This document shows, one piece after another, positions 8,421 to 16,888 of a stretch of 54,244 bases of DNA; the first letter of the stretch is position 1; every line of letters starts with the position of its first letter. This stretch comes from an uncultured Candidatus Saccharibacteria bacterium (lineage in GTDB: Bacteria > Patescibacteriota > UBA1384 > 2-12-FULL-50-11). The translations under genes were made by a program, and so were the position numbers. The notes below the pieces were generated by a model. That model made no database searches. It worked only from the letters and a program-made list of their open reading frames with translations, and had not been told where the DNA came from. The stretch spans positions 14,426-68,669 of the forward strand of contig CAYGDK010000001.1 in assembly GCA_964348645.1 (NCBI GenBank). Reading direction: 5' to 3'.

Positions 8421-10238
8421 ATGGAAATACGTAACGTCGCCATAATTGCTCACGTCGACCACGGTAAAACCACGCTTGTGGACGGCTTACTTAAACAGTC
8501 AAATACTTTCCGCGAAAACGAAGCGGCGATGAGCCAAGATCTAATCATGGACTCAAACGACCAGGAGCGAGAGCGTGGCATTACAATTTTGGCCAAGAAT
8601 ACGGCCGTTAATTACAATGGCACCAAGATAAATATCGTCGATACGCCAGGTCACGCTGACTTCGGTGGTGAGGTAGAGCGAACGCTTAACATGACCGACG
8701 GTGCGCTGCTAATCATTGACGCTAAAGAAGGCCCAATGCCGCAGACAAAATTTGTTTTGAAGAAAGCGTTGGAGCTTGGTTTGCGACCAATTGTAGTTAT
8801 TAACAAAATCGACAAACCTGACGCGCAAATCGAAAAAGTCATACATGAAACGTCCAACCTTTTCTTGGATCTTGCGACCGAAGAAGCACAGCTCGAGTTT
8901 CCGATTTACTACGCCATTGGGCGCGACGGTAAAGCTTGGGCACACGAGCCAACTAAGGAAGAAATTGCTGCCAATGCCGATCTGACACCGATCTTTGAAG
9001 CGATACTTGATCATGTGCCGGCACCGAAACCGGCTGATGACGAACCGTTTCAAATGCTTGTTTCTGCACTTGATTGGGACAGTTTTCAGGGTAAGTATGC
9101 TATTGGTAAAATAACCCGCGGTACTGCCAAGCCGGGTATGAATATTTCGATCGGAACCCCTGACGGGTGGCGAACGACGACTAAAGTTGACCGTGTTTAC
9201 ACCGGACTAGGCTTAAAGCGGGCACCAGTCGAAAGCGCATCAACGGGCGACATTATTGCCTTAACGGGATTGGCCTCCGCAAAGATCGGCGACACCGTGG
9301 CTGACGCTAAGAATCCTGAAGCATTACCGACCATCGCCATTGCGGAACCAACGCTCAAAATGGCTGTTGCTGCTAGTACCTCGCCGTTTGTTGGCAAGGA
9401 AGGCACGCAGCTCACGAGCCAAAAAATTTACGAGCGAATTCTTAAAGAGCTTGAAGTTAATGTTTCGCTCAAAATGGAGAAGGGTGAAAACAACGAATAT
9501 ATATTGTCCGGCCGAGGTGAGCTGCATTTGTCCGTCTTTATTGAGGCATTGCGACGTGAAGGTTTTGAGCTTCAGATTAGTAAGCCGCAAGTCATCACCA
9601 AACTAGTTGAAGGTCAGCGCGTTGAGCCGGTTGAGGAGTTGACGGTTGATGTTGCGAGCGAGTACGCTAGCGCCGTTACCGGCGAAGTTGGCAAGCGCAA
9701 AGGTATGCTTTTTTCGCAGACGGAGAACGACGACAGCACAACCCGGCTGTTGTTTGAAATACCGACTCGTGGCCTGCTGGGCTTGCGCAACGTTTTACTG
9801 ACGCTCTCGCGTGGAACAGCGGTGATGAACTCGATGTTTTTGCGCTTTGATCCAGTTGGCGCGGCGCTACCTAAGATGCGTAATGGTGTTTTGGTTGCTT
9901 CAGAAGGCGGTGTCGCGGTTTCTTACGGTTTGAACAACGCTCAATCACGCGGCATAACATTTATTGCCCCACAAACTCCAGTTTACGAAGGTATGGTTGT
10001 TGGGCTCAACTCACGCGAAGGCGATTTAGAGATTAACGTTACCAAAGAAAAAAAGCAGTCCAACGTTCGTTCTAGTGGCGCCGATGATGCTATTACGTTG
10101 ACTCCGCCAACAATTTTCAGTCTCGAACAGTGTATCGATTTTCTGGAAGACGACGAGTACTTAGAGGTAACTCCGAAGTCTCTTCGACTACGTAAAAAGA
10201 TTCTCAACGGATCACTCCGAGCAAAAGCCTCTCGCTAA
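8421..10238 (+). CDS. typA: Translational GTPase TypA/BipA
   Basis: 605 aa with AIIAHVDHGKTTLVD, DTPGHADFGGEVER and NKID, plus the TypA-type C-terminal domain. Confidence 0.93.
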   Translation: MEIRNVAIIAHVDHGKTTLVDGLLKQSNTFRENEAAMSQDLIMDSNDQERERGITILAKNTAVNYNGTKINIVDTPGHADFGGEVERTLNMTDGALLIIDAKEGPMPQTKFVLKKALELGLRPIVVINKIDKPDAQIEKVIHETSNLFLDLATEEAQLEFPIYYAIGRDGKAWAHEPTKEEIAANADLTPIFEAILDHVPAPKPADDEPFQMLVSALDWDSFQGKYAIGKITRGTAKPGMNISIGTPDGWRTTTKVDRVYTGLGLKRAPVESASTGDIIALTGLASAKIGDTVADAKNPEALPTIAIAEPTLKMAVAASTSPFVGKEGTQLTSQKIYERILKELEVNVSLKMEKGENNEYILSGRGELHLSVFIEALRREGFELQISKPQVITKLVEGQRVEPVEELTVDVASEYASAVTGEVGKRKGMLFSQTENDDSTTRLLFEIPTRGLLGLRNVLLTLSRGTAVMNSMFLRFDPVGAALPKMRNGVLVASEGGVAVSYGLNNAQSRGITFIAPQTPVYEGMVVGLNSREGDLEINVTKEKKQSNVRSSGADDAITLTPPTIFSLEQCIDFLEDDEYLEVTPKSLRLRKKILNGSLRAKASR

Positions 10239-10242
10239 ATTG

Positions 10243-10316
10243 GGTGGCTGACTGGATTCGAACCAGCGACATTCTGGACCACAACCAGACGCTCTGCCGA
10301 CTGAGCTACAGCCACC
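10243..10316 (-). tRNA. tRNA-His (anticodon GTG)
   Basis: The reverse complement folds as G(-1)-GTGGCTG...TCTGG-TTGTGGT-CCAGA...GCTGG-TTCGAAT-CCAGT-CAGCCAC-C. The encoded G-1 is typical of tRNA-His. Confidence 0.88.
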
Positions 10317-10492
10317 ATGTTCGGGATTTGCCGATACCTGGTTATTTTACTGGAATTTGCGGCGAAAATGAATTCAACCTGACATATTTCCAAATTTCCT
10401 TACTCTGTGAAAAGTATTCATTTTATGTGAACGCAGGAGTACAATTGAGACCCCGTTTATGGAAACGTAAGCGGTGCACATCGGATGTGGAT

Positions 10493-11041
10493 ATGACAGC
10501 AATTGCAACACAGGCGCCGACCCTCAGTCGGCAAACTATCGTCATGCTACTCCAACAGCGATTGGAGGACAAAATCAAGAAGGCCCAAGAGAAGATCCTG
10601 GAGCTGAGAGGGCAGCTGAACGACCCGTCGGAGACGGACCGTGAAGCACAGCAGCTCCACATTGCTTCCGTTGGTCAGGATATCGAAAGCGCCGAGTACA
10701 ACAAGCGAGGCTTGGAGGCCTTCGTCAAGCTACTTGGGGAAGAGCATCCTCTTTCGGAAGTCGTCTCAATCGGGAGCATCTTGCTTCTGCGCGATGAGGG
10801 TGAGCTCTGCCTCTGGATCATTTACGATCCACTGAAGCTTCGCCAACCCGAAGAGCACTATGTCTCGATCAACGACCTGGGGGTCGAAGGCGAACTAGGT
10901 CTCAGCGGAGATGCGCTCGCATTGACGTCAGCCTGCCCAATAGGTGAGGCACTTCTGGGCCTCAAAGTTGAGCCGGGGATGGAGGTCAAGATCGAGGTTG
11001 GCAAGCACGTGAACCGTTTTGTCATAGAGAACGTTCTCTGA
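10493..11041 (+). CDS. GreA/GreB-like transcription elongation factor homologue
   Basis: Coiled-coil N-terminus. The C-terminus SACPIGEALLGLKVEPGMEVKIEVGKHVNRFVIENV resembles the GreA C-terminal SPIGxALxGxxVGD motif. The track ORF start at 10244 overlaps tRNA-His. An alternative TTG at 10445 has AGGAG upstream. Confidence 0.55.
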   Translation: MTAIATQAPTLSRQTIVMLLQQRLEDKIKKAQEKILELRGQLNDPSETDREAQQLHIASVGQDIESAEYNKRGLEAFVKLLGEEHPLSEVVSIGSILLLRDEGELCLWIIYDPLKLRQPEEHYVSINDLGVEGELGLSGDALALTSACPIGEALLGLKVEPGMEVKIEVGKHVNRFVIENVL

Positions 11042-11055
11042 GGGTGGTTCGTCCG

Positions 11056-11088
11056 GGCGGCACAGCAATGTGCCGCCCAAACTTTTAC
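11056..11088 (+). terminator. Intrinsic terminator after the GreA-like gene
   Basis: GGGCGGCACA-gcaa-TGTGCCGCCC followed by AAACTTTT. Confidence 0.7.
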
Positions 11089-12788
11089 TCTCTAAATGGT
11101 GCAATGAACCTGATATTCCAGTAAAATACACAAAGGCGCCCGTAGCTCAGTGGATACTCGATCGAAGATCTCGTTCCACTTTGCCCAAGCGCACGCATGC
11201 GCCCGTAGCTCAGTGGATAGAGCGACTGACTTCGGATCAGTAGGCCAGGGGTTCGAATCCCTTCGGGCGCACCAAACTGGATGTTATTTTCTTGGAGTTC
11301 CAGAATAGCCTGATAGAACGGGCTTTTTGGGGTGTTCGAATAGCCCGGATAGCGATATTGCAGTCCGGAGGGGAATATCGAACACAACAGGGTACGCTTC
11401 TCTTCTAACGAACCATTTTCATAGGTTTCATTTAAGTCTTTGAACTTCGTGGCGATAAACTCGGTGATAGCCGCCAGACTATATTTTTCGATGACTGAAT
11501 CATTTTTAGCGATCTGGACGGTTTTTATTTTATCCTCCAGCATTTTATTCTGTTCTTTGAAGATCGAGTCTGAGTAAACTCCTGATAGGTTCTTCTCAAC
11601 TAAGGCCTGGCGCAATTCGTAGTACTTTTTCAGGTCTTCGTCGGCCTTCTCCCGCTTCTTCTGCAGGGAGCCGGTTCGTAGGTAGTAGGTGCGGCGTAGG
11701 AAGGCGTTCAACAATTCAATAGTCTTCGGCCGAAGGCTAACTGCTTGTAATTCTGTTGCCGTCTCTTCGTGCAGCTTCTCTTTGGCTATGGAATGACTAC
11801 CTTTACACCGTTTTTGACAACAATAGTAAGCGTAACGTTTGAGTTTACCCTTACTCCACCCTGCCGTTAGTGAGTGGCCGCAGACCGAGCATTTCACAAG
11901 ACGGCGCAGCGGGAACTCGGTGCTGTCAAAGTTTCTTCGCGCTAAAGCGGGAGCTAAGTTGCGATTTCGGCCGTCAAGGGCAGCCTGAACTTGATAGAAT
12001 TGTGCCTCCGTGATCATCGGCGTGTGTTGGCCTTGAGCTTCATCCCCGTATTTCCTTGATACCAGCTTTCCAACATAGAACTTGTTCCGAAAAATGTTAT
12101 TCAGAGTCTGCGGACGGATAGGATATTCTTTGTGCCCTTTGCGCTGCTCTCTAAGCCCCTTTTCATTTAGAAAGTCAGCCATCGCCTGGAGACTCTTAGT
12201 TCCGGTTGCCATCAGCTCCCACGCCTCCTTCATTAAGGAATATTTTTCCGGATCTTTAGCGATATAGCCGTTTTGATTTAGATAACCAATTGGTACGGTC
12301 CCGGTATGAAGACCAGCCAAGAAGCGAGCACGCATCCCATTCTTTGTTCGTTCGCTTCGAACGTCATTATCCATTTGAGCAAATCCGGCCAGCATTGTTT
12401 CGATAAACTTCTCAGTCGGCGTGTTGCCAGTTGGCTCGGTGGCCGAAATTAAGACAATATCTACTTCGGCTAATTTCTTACGAATTGCCAGGTAGTCGGC
12501 TGTCTGCCGCGACAGGCGGTCAAGCCGGTAAACGATAATCGCCCGGACATCTTTCTTGTTTTTTCGGCAGAATTCGAGCATTTCAATCAGTGTCGGCCGA
12601 CCCTTAATAGTCTTTGCTGACCGACCTTCTTCACGAAAAACTTTCAGTACCCCCAGCCCTCGCCGTTCGGCTTCTTTTACACAAATGTCTAATTGCGTTT
12701 CCAGTGAGTAGTTTTCAACTTGCTCTTCCGTCGAAACTCGTAAGTAAATTACGGCTTGTGATGACTTCCCTTCTTCGATTTGATGCAT
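11085..12788 (-). CDS. Large serine recombinase; the last ~63 codons of the ORF are antisense to tRNA-Arg and its partial copy
   Basis: Resolvase N-terminal domain (AVIYLRVSTEEQ), recombinase domain, Zn ribbon (CSVCGHS...YYCCQKRC) and a coiled-coil tail. The tail ...FGAPEGIRTPGLLIRSQSLYPLSYGR is a typical antisense-tRNA translation, so the native C-terminus probably lies near 11280. Confidence 0.85.
   Translation of the reverse strand: MHQIEEGKSSQAVIYLRVSTEEQVENYSLETQLDICVKEAERRGLGVLKVFREEGRSAKTIKGRPTLIEMLEFCRKNKKDVRAIIVYRLDRLSRQTADYLAIRKKLAEVDIVLISATEPTGNTPTEKFIETMLAGFAQMDNDVRSERTKNGMRARFLAGLHTGTVPIGYLNQNGYIAKDPEKYSLMKEAWELMATGTKSLQAMADFLNEKGLREQRKGHKEYPIRPQTLNNIFRNKFYVGKLVSRKYGDEAQGQHTPMITEAQFYQVQAALDGRNRNLAPALARRNFDSTEFPLRRLVKCSVCGHSLTAGWSKGKLKRYAYYCCQKRCKGSHSIAKEKLHEETATELQAVSLRPKTIELLNAFLRRTYYLRTGSLQKKREKADEDLKKYYELRQALVEKNLSGVYSDSIFKEQNKMLEDKIKTVQIAKNDSVIEKYSLAAITEFIATKFKDLNETYENGSLEEKRTLLCSIFPSGLQYRYPGYSNTPKSPFYQAILELQENNIQFGAPEGIRTPGLLIRSQSLYPLSYGRMRALGQSGTRSSIEYPLSYGRLCVFYWNIRFIAPFRE
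11136..11156 (+). repeat. Truncated duplicate of the first 21 nt of tRNA-Arg(TCG)
   Basis: GCGCCCGTAGCTCAGTGGATA is identical to 11199-11219 but is followed by unrelated sequence (CTCGATCG...). Confidence 0.9.
11199..11274 (+). tRNA. tRNA-Arg (anticodon TCG), CCA encoded
   Basis: GCGCCCG-TA-GCTC-AGTGGATA-GAGC-G-ACTGA-CTTCGGA-TCAGT-AGGCC-AGGGG-TTCGAAT-CCCTT-CGGGCGC-A-CCA. Confidence 0.88.
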
Positions 12789-13153
12789 TACCCCTCCTTT
12801 AATAGTTGCTCTAAAGTTCTTCCTTCAAATAATTGTTTTTCGTACTGATCCAACCAAGCGTTGAGCAGGAATTGGAACTCTGTTAGATACTTCTCAAGCT
12901 CTTCGTCTGCCATTCCTACGATCAGATCTCCCATAATCTGCCGGGCTTTTTCTATCCGGGTTAGCTCCCGTTCAGTCGGAAAGATCCGCTTTAGCTGTGT
13001 TTCCAGCGTTTGTTGTGGGCTGCTGGCGTATCCAACACTCTCCTGCCTTTTTACTGCCGGAATAGTATCGACCGGCTGCTCGTATCGAACACCTGCCTCT
13101 TGTGAAGCTGTAGCATCGTCCTGATTGAATAACGCTAACGATAAGGTATTCAT
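12788..13153 (-). CDS. Hypothetical 121-aa protein upstream of the recombinase and overlapping it
   Basis: GGAGGG SD. The stop overlaps the recombinase ATG (TAATG). No family recognised; it could be a directionality or accessory factor. Confidence 0.5.
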   Translation of the reverse strand: MNTLSLALFNQDDATASQEAGVRYEQPVDTIPAVKRQESVGYASSPQQTLETQLKRIFPTERELTRIEKARQIMGDLIVGMADEELEKYLTEFQFLLNAWLDQYEKQLFEGRTLEQLLKEG

Positions 13154-13164
13154 TGCCCTCCTAC

Positions 13165-13201
13165 TATCCTTATAGGGATATACTATATCCGTATCCGGAT
13201 A
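13165..13201. promoter_or_regulatory. Cluster of GGATA/TATCC palindromes upstream of the recombinase operon (candidate operator)
   Basis: TATCCTTATAGGGATA, GGATATA-C-TATATCC (13176-13190) and TATCCGGATA (13192-13201). Confidence 0.45.
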
Positions 13202-13364
13202 GTGTCAAGTGACTAAATTCACAATAAATTTAATCCTTAAGATTCGGACTATCGAACACTGCTAACTAGCCACAAATTGAGGAATATGGGGTTAATTTGC
13301 ACCGACTCAGCAGTGCCCGAGAGTCCTCGACTGGAGCTAAACCGAAGGCTCGACAGTGCCTCTC

Positions 13365-14165
13365 CTAAGTTTTTTTATTTAAAAGCAGGCTGATGACGAA
13401 GAAAAGCAGCGCGATCAGAACAATCGTGCCGCCGGTTGAGATATTCAGGTAGAAAGAAACGATTACGCCGAGTATTACTGCCAAAAGCGAGAAGATTTCA
13501 GCGATAACAATGCTTTTCTGGAAGCTCTGGCGAAATTGAAGGGCAGTCAGCACCGGGATAACGACTAAGGCCGAAACCAAGAGGATACCGACAATCGGTA
13601 TGGCTAGCGCCACCACCACCGCCGCTAACATGATGAAAACAGTATTGATGAACCGAACGGGTATACCACTGACTTGAGCCGCTTCCTCATCAAATGAGAT
13701 AAAAACCAGCTCTTTGTAAAGAGAGAAAATGAGCATCGCTACAATTAAGCAGGTGACTAAGATTGTTATAACATCGCTATCTCGGACCGTTAGGATACTG
13801 CCGAAAAGGTAGCTCGAAAGATTAACGTTAAAGCCGTGATAGGCGCTAATGAGAACAATGGCCACTGCTAGCGACCCAGATAAAAACAGCGAGAGCGCTG
13901 ATTCACCGTAAATCCGGCGACTGTTACGCAGTCGTTCAATGGCAACCGATGAGACTACGGAAGTTCCAATGGCCGTCCAAATGGGATTTAAGCCGACCAG
14001 AAGACCAATCGCTACTCCGGCAAAAGAAACGTGGGAGAGCGTATCGGCAATAAGAGAGTAACGGCGTAAGACCAGAAACATCCCGATCAGTGGAGCGATC
14101 AGGGCGATAATGATACCGGCCTCCAGCCCTCGCACAACAAAACTATACTGAAGAAAATCAAACAT
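13365..14165 (-). CDS. znuB: ABC-3 family metal (Zn/Mn) transporter permease
   Basis: 266-aa polytopic protein of ZnuB/TroC type, in an operon with an ATPase and a TroA-like binding protein. Confidence 0.8.
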   Translation of the reverse strand: MFDFLQYSFVVRGLEAGIIIALIAPLIGMFLVLRRYSLIADTLSHVSFAGVAIGLLVGLNPIWTAIGTSVVSSVAIERLRNSRRIYGESALSLFLSGSLAVAIVLISAYHGFNVNLSSYLFGSILTVRDSDVITILVTCLIVAMLIFSLYKELVFISFDEEAAQVSGIPVRFINTVFIMLAAVVVALAIPIVGILLVSALVVIPVLTALQFRQSFQKSIVIAEIFSLLAVILGVIVSFYLNISTGGTIVLIALLFFVISLLLNKKT

Positions 14166-14847
14166 TTACTTTACTGACTTTAGTCAGAACTTTATTAACC
14201 CTGAATAGCTCTCGGGCCTCGCGTTCGATCATTTCTGAGTCATGAGAAACAAGAATTAACGTTAAATCATGGTCGCGATTTAATGTTCTCAGTAATTGGT
14301 AAAACTCTATTTGAGCCGCCTCATCAACACCGGCTGTTGGCTCATCAAGAATAATAACCTCGGGATTACTTGCCAGAGCCCGAGCAATAAATACTCGCTG
14401 TTGTTGACCACCCGACAGGTCGCCGATCAACCGTTTGCAGTAGTTGTGCATGTCGACTTTTTCCAATGCGCTGTGGGTTTGCTGATAGTCTGAGGTAGCT
14501 AAGTTGTGGAGTAGGCCCTTTTTGGCGAATAGTCCCATACTAACAACCTCTTCGACAGTGGCCGGAAAACTAATATCAAAATTAGTGACTTTCTGGGGGA
14601 CATAGCCAATCTTCTCCCAGTCTTTGAACTTCTTGAGCGGTTTTCCAAACAACTCGACCCGGCCTTTGCTCGGCTTGAGTAAGCCAAGCATAATTTTGAG
14701 AATGGTGGTCTTACCGCCGCCGTTCGGTCCAACTATTCCGACGTAACTGCCGGGGTTAATCTCTAAACCAATATTGTGCAAAACTTCTTCCTTGCCGTAG
14801 GAGAAGCAGACGTCTTGGAGCCTAAATACGGGACTTACCGATTGCAT
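14158..14847 (-). CDS. znuC: Metal ABC transporter ATP-binding protein
   Basis: Walker A GPNGGGKTT, signature LSGGQQQR, Walker B ILDEP. Confidence 0.85.
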   Translation of the reverse strand: MQSVSPVFRLQDVCFSYGKEEVLHNIGLEINPGSYVGIVGPNGGGKTTILKIMLGLLKPSKGRVELFGKPLKKFKDWEKIGYVPQKVTNFDISFPATVEEVVSMGLFAKKGLLHNLATSDYQQTHSALEKVDMHNYCKRLIGDLSGGQQQRVFIARALASNPEVIILDEPTAGVDEAAQIEFYQLLRTLNRDHDLTLILVSHDSEMIEREARELFRVNKVLTKVSKVNV

Positions 14848-15755
14848 TCAAGAGCGAGCTGAAGGTTAGTGAGATTTTGCTCCATGACCGACTGGTAGCT
14901 TTTACCTTGATCTGTGTCTTCAGCTGTTAACCCTTCGATCGGATTAAGCTCAAGCGTTTGGGCACCAGTTTCTTTAGCGATAGTTTCTGATAGTTTCGGG
15001 CTGACTAAACTCTCAAAGAAAATATATTTAACATTATGATCCTTGACGAACTTACTAACGTCAGCCAAATCTTGGCTTGAGGGTTCCTCGTCAGGCGAAA
15101 CGCCGGCAATGGCAATCTGATTTAAATCGTACCGCTGGGCCAGGTAGCCAAAGGCGACATGAGAGGTAACAAAATCTTTCTTCTTACAGCTTTGAAGACC
15201 CGTTCTATATCGATCATCAAGAGTCGTCAGAGCTGCCTCAACGCGCGATTGGTTGGCTTCGTAATAAGCCTTATGGGCCGGGTCAAGAATAACCAAGGTA
15301 GTCGTAATTTTTTGAACCATTGTCTGAGCTAAAACTGGATCAAGCCAAATATGCGGGTCTTGTTGCAGTTCTCCTTCCTCCTCAACCTGTCGAGTCGCCA
15401 CTTCGCTACCGACCGTAAGAACTGTTACGTCTTTCCCGTGGAGCGTTTCTGTAATGTTCTTTCCCCAGGTTTCCAGTCCAGCGCCGTTTAAAATCAAAAG
15501 CTTGGAACGTTCAATCGCCGCAACGTCCTGAGTTGAAGGTTCGTAGTCGTGCGGCTCGGCCCCGGCCGGGGTAATATTGGCAACTGTCACTTTGTCTCCG
15601 CCGACTTGTTCGGCGAAGTAGGCGAGCGGATAGAAGCTGGCAACAACTGATAATTTGTCGCTGGGCGAGTTGTCTTTTTGTTTGGTTAGTACTAGGCCGG
15701 TAATACCGACGATAACAACAAGCCCGATAATGATGGTGAGAGCAATTTTATTCAT
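14835..15755 (-). CDS. znuA: Metal ABC transporter substrate-binding protein (TroA/ZnuA-like)
   Basis: N-terminal anchor, then motifs SFYPLAYF...EPHDYEP...DPHIWLDP typical of cluster A-I binding proteins. Confidence 0.85.
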   Translation of the reverse strand: MNKIALTIIIGLVVIVGITGLVLTKQKDNSPSDKLSVVASFYPLAYFAEQVGGDKVTVANITPAGAEPHDYEPSTQDVAAIERSKLLILNGAGLETWGKNITETLHGKDVTVLTVGSEVATRQVEEEGELQQDPHIWLDPVLAQTMVQKITTTLVILDPAHKAYYEANQSRVEAALTTLDDRYRTGLQSCKKKDFVTSHVAFGYLAQRYDLNQIAIAGVSPDEEPSSQDLADVSKFVKDHNVKYIFFESLVSPKLSETIAKETGAQTLELNPIEGLTAEDTDQGKSYQSVMEQNLTNLQLALECNR

Positions 15756-15786
15756 TGGATGTATCTTCCCTTCTATGCTAACTTAT

Positions 15787-15801
15787 TGCAACTAACTTGC
15801 A
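15787..15801. promoter_or_regulatory. Palindrome in the znuA/zur divergent promoter (candidate Zur box)
   Basis: TGCAA-CTAAC-TTGCA lies between the divergent starts at 15755 and 15831. Confidence 0.35.
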
Positions 15802-15830
15802 TTAACGATCATTATTGCTATCCTTAGCCC

Positions 15831-16223
15831 ATGACAACCACTTTGCGCCAGACTAAAACTAAAGCACTCGTGACGAAAGTATTTCAAACCTATCACCGAC
15901 CGCTTCGGCTTAGTGAAGTCACCCGGTTAGTGAAGATATCACTACCCCAAACTTCGTTCTCGACAGTCTTTCGGATTGCGACCAAACTTCTTCAAGAAGG
16001 AACGATTCGCCAAATCGATTGGCGGGAGCGCGGCAGTCGATACGAGTGGGCAGCGCTCGACCACCATCACCACTTGGTGTGTGAGCTGTGCGGCCAAGTT
16101 ATTGATATTAGCGACGAGGATTTAGGTTTTAGCGACCAAAGCATTGAAAAGAAAACTGGTTTTATTCTCAAACACCATTTAATTGAACTAGAGGGAATTT
16201 GTCCTGATTGCCAGCAAAAGTAG
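15831..16223 (+). CDS. zur: Fur-family metalloregulator (probably Zur)
   Basis: 130 aa with HHHHLVCELCG...CPDCQ metal sites, divergent from the znu operon. Confidence 0.8.
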   Translation: MTTTLRQTKTKALVTKVFQTYHRPLRLSEVTRLVKISLPQTSFSTVFRIATKLLQEGTIRQIDWRERGSRYEWAALDHHHHLVCELCGQVIDISDEDLGFSDQSIEKKTGFILKHHLIELEGICPDCQQK

Positions 16224-16255
16224 ACCCGACATTCTTATGTATAGCAATCGTATTG

Positions 16256-16888
16256 CTACCTTGGAGGATCGCCGGTTAGAAATACCCTGGGGTTAACCGG
16301 GATATAGAAAATCCGAATTTCAAAGTGTAGGTGCGGCCCGGAAGACTCTCCGCTGTCTCCCATTGTCCCGATCGGATCACCCATCAGCACATCCTGCCCT
16401 TCCGTCACTGCCGGGACATCTAAGTGGCCGTAAATAGAAGTGAGGTACGGTCGGTGTTGGACGACGACATGATTACCGTAGCCTGTATCGCCTAATTTAA
16501 CCGTTTTCACTTTTCCTGCCATAAATGCGTGAATGGGCGTTCCGACTTCTCCTCGGGGATTAGCGATATCTATTCCGGTGTGAAAAAGATAGTGAGGAAG
16601 ATTCGGTTCGCCGAACTCTAAAGTTACTACTCCACTCGTCGGCCAAATTCTGGCTTCAGAAATATGGTCGAGGGTCTCGCCGTTGGCCGGATTGTGGATT
16701 TCAACGACTTGCGTTTGGGGGTCGCTTGTCGCGAGCGCGTCAGAAATGAGATTGAATCCGGCTTGGGTTAGGATAATCACGATCAGTATTGGTACGAGGA
16801 AAATAGCCCCAACGGTGTAGAAAACAAGCTTAATCTCTGACTTCATTGAGAAAGCCGCAGCGATTAGTTTAAGAGAGCTAGGATTCAT
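16256..16888 (-). CDS. M23/LytM-family peptidoglycan endopeptidase (T4SS-associated hydrolase)
   Basis: HTGIDI...GHLD...GPHLHFEI motifs and an N-terminal TM. It overlaps the VirB4 gene by 4 nt. Confidence 0.85.
   Translation of the reverse strand: MNPSSLKLIAAAFSMKSEIKLVFYTVGAIFLVPILIVIILTQAGFNLISDALATSDPQTQVVEIHNPANGETLDHISEARIWPTSGVVTLEFGEPNLPHYLFHTGIDIANPRGEVGTPIHAFMAGKVKTVKLGDTGYGNHVVVQHRPYLTSIYGHLDVPAVTEGQDVLMGDPIGTMGDSGESSGPHLHFEIRIFYIPVNPRVFLTGDPPR

Noticed and set aside
10244-10492. N-terminal 83 codons of track ORF 10244..11041
   Set aside because: The first ~25 codons are the sense-strand reading across the minus-strand tRNA-His (WIRTSDILDHNQTLCRLSYSHH). A start with an SD exists further in (10445 or 10493).
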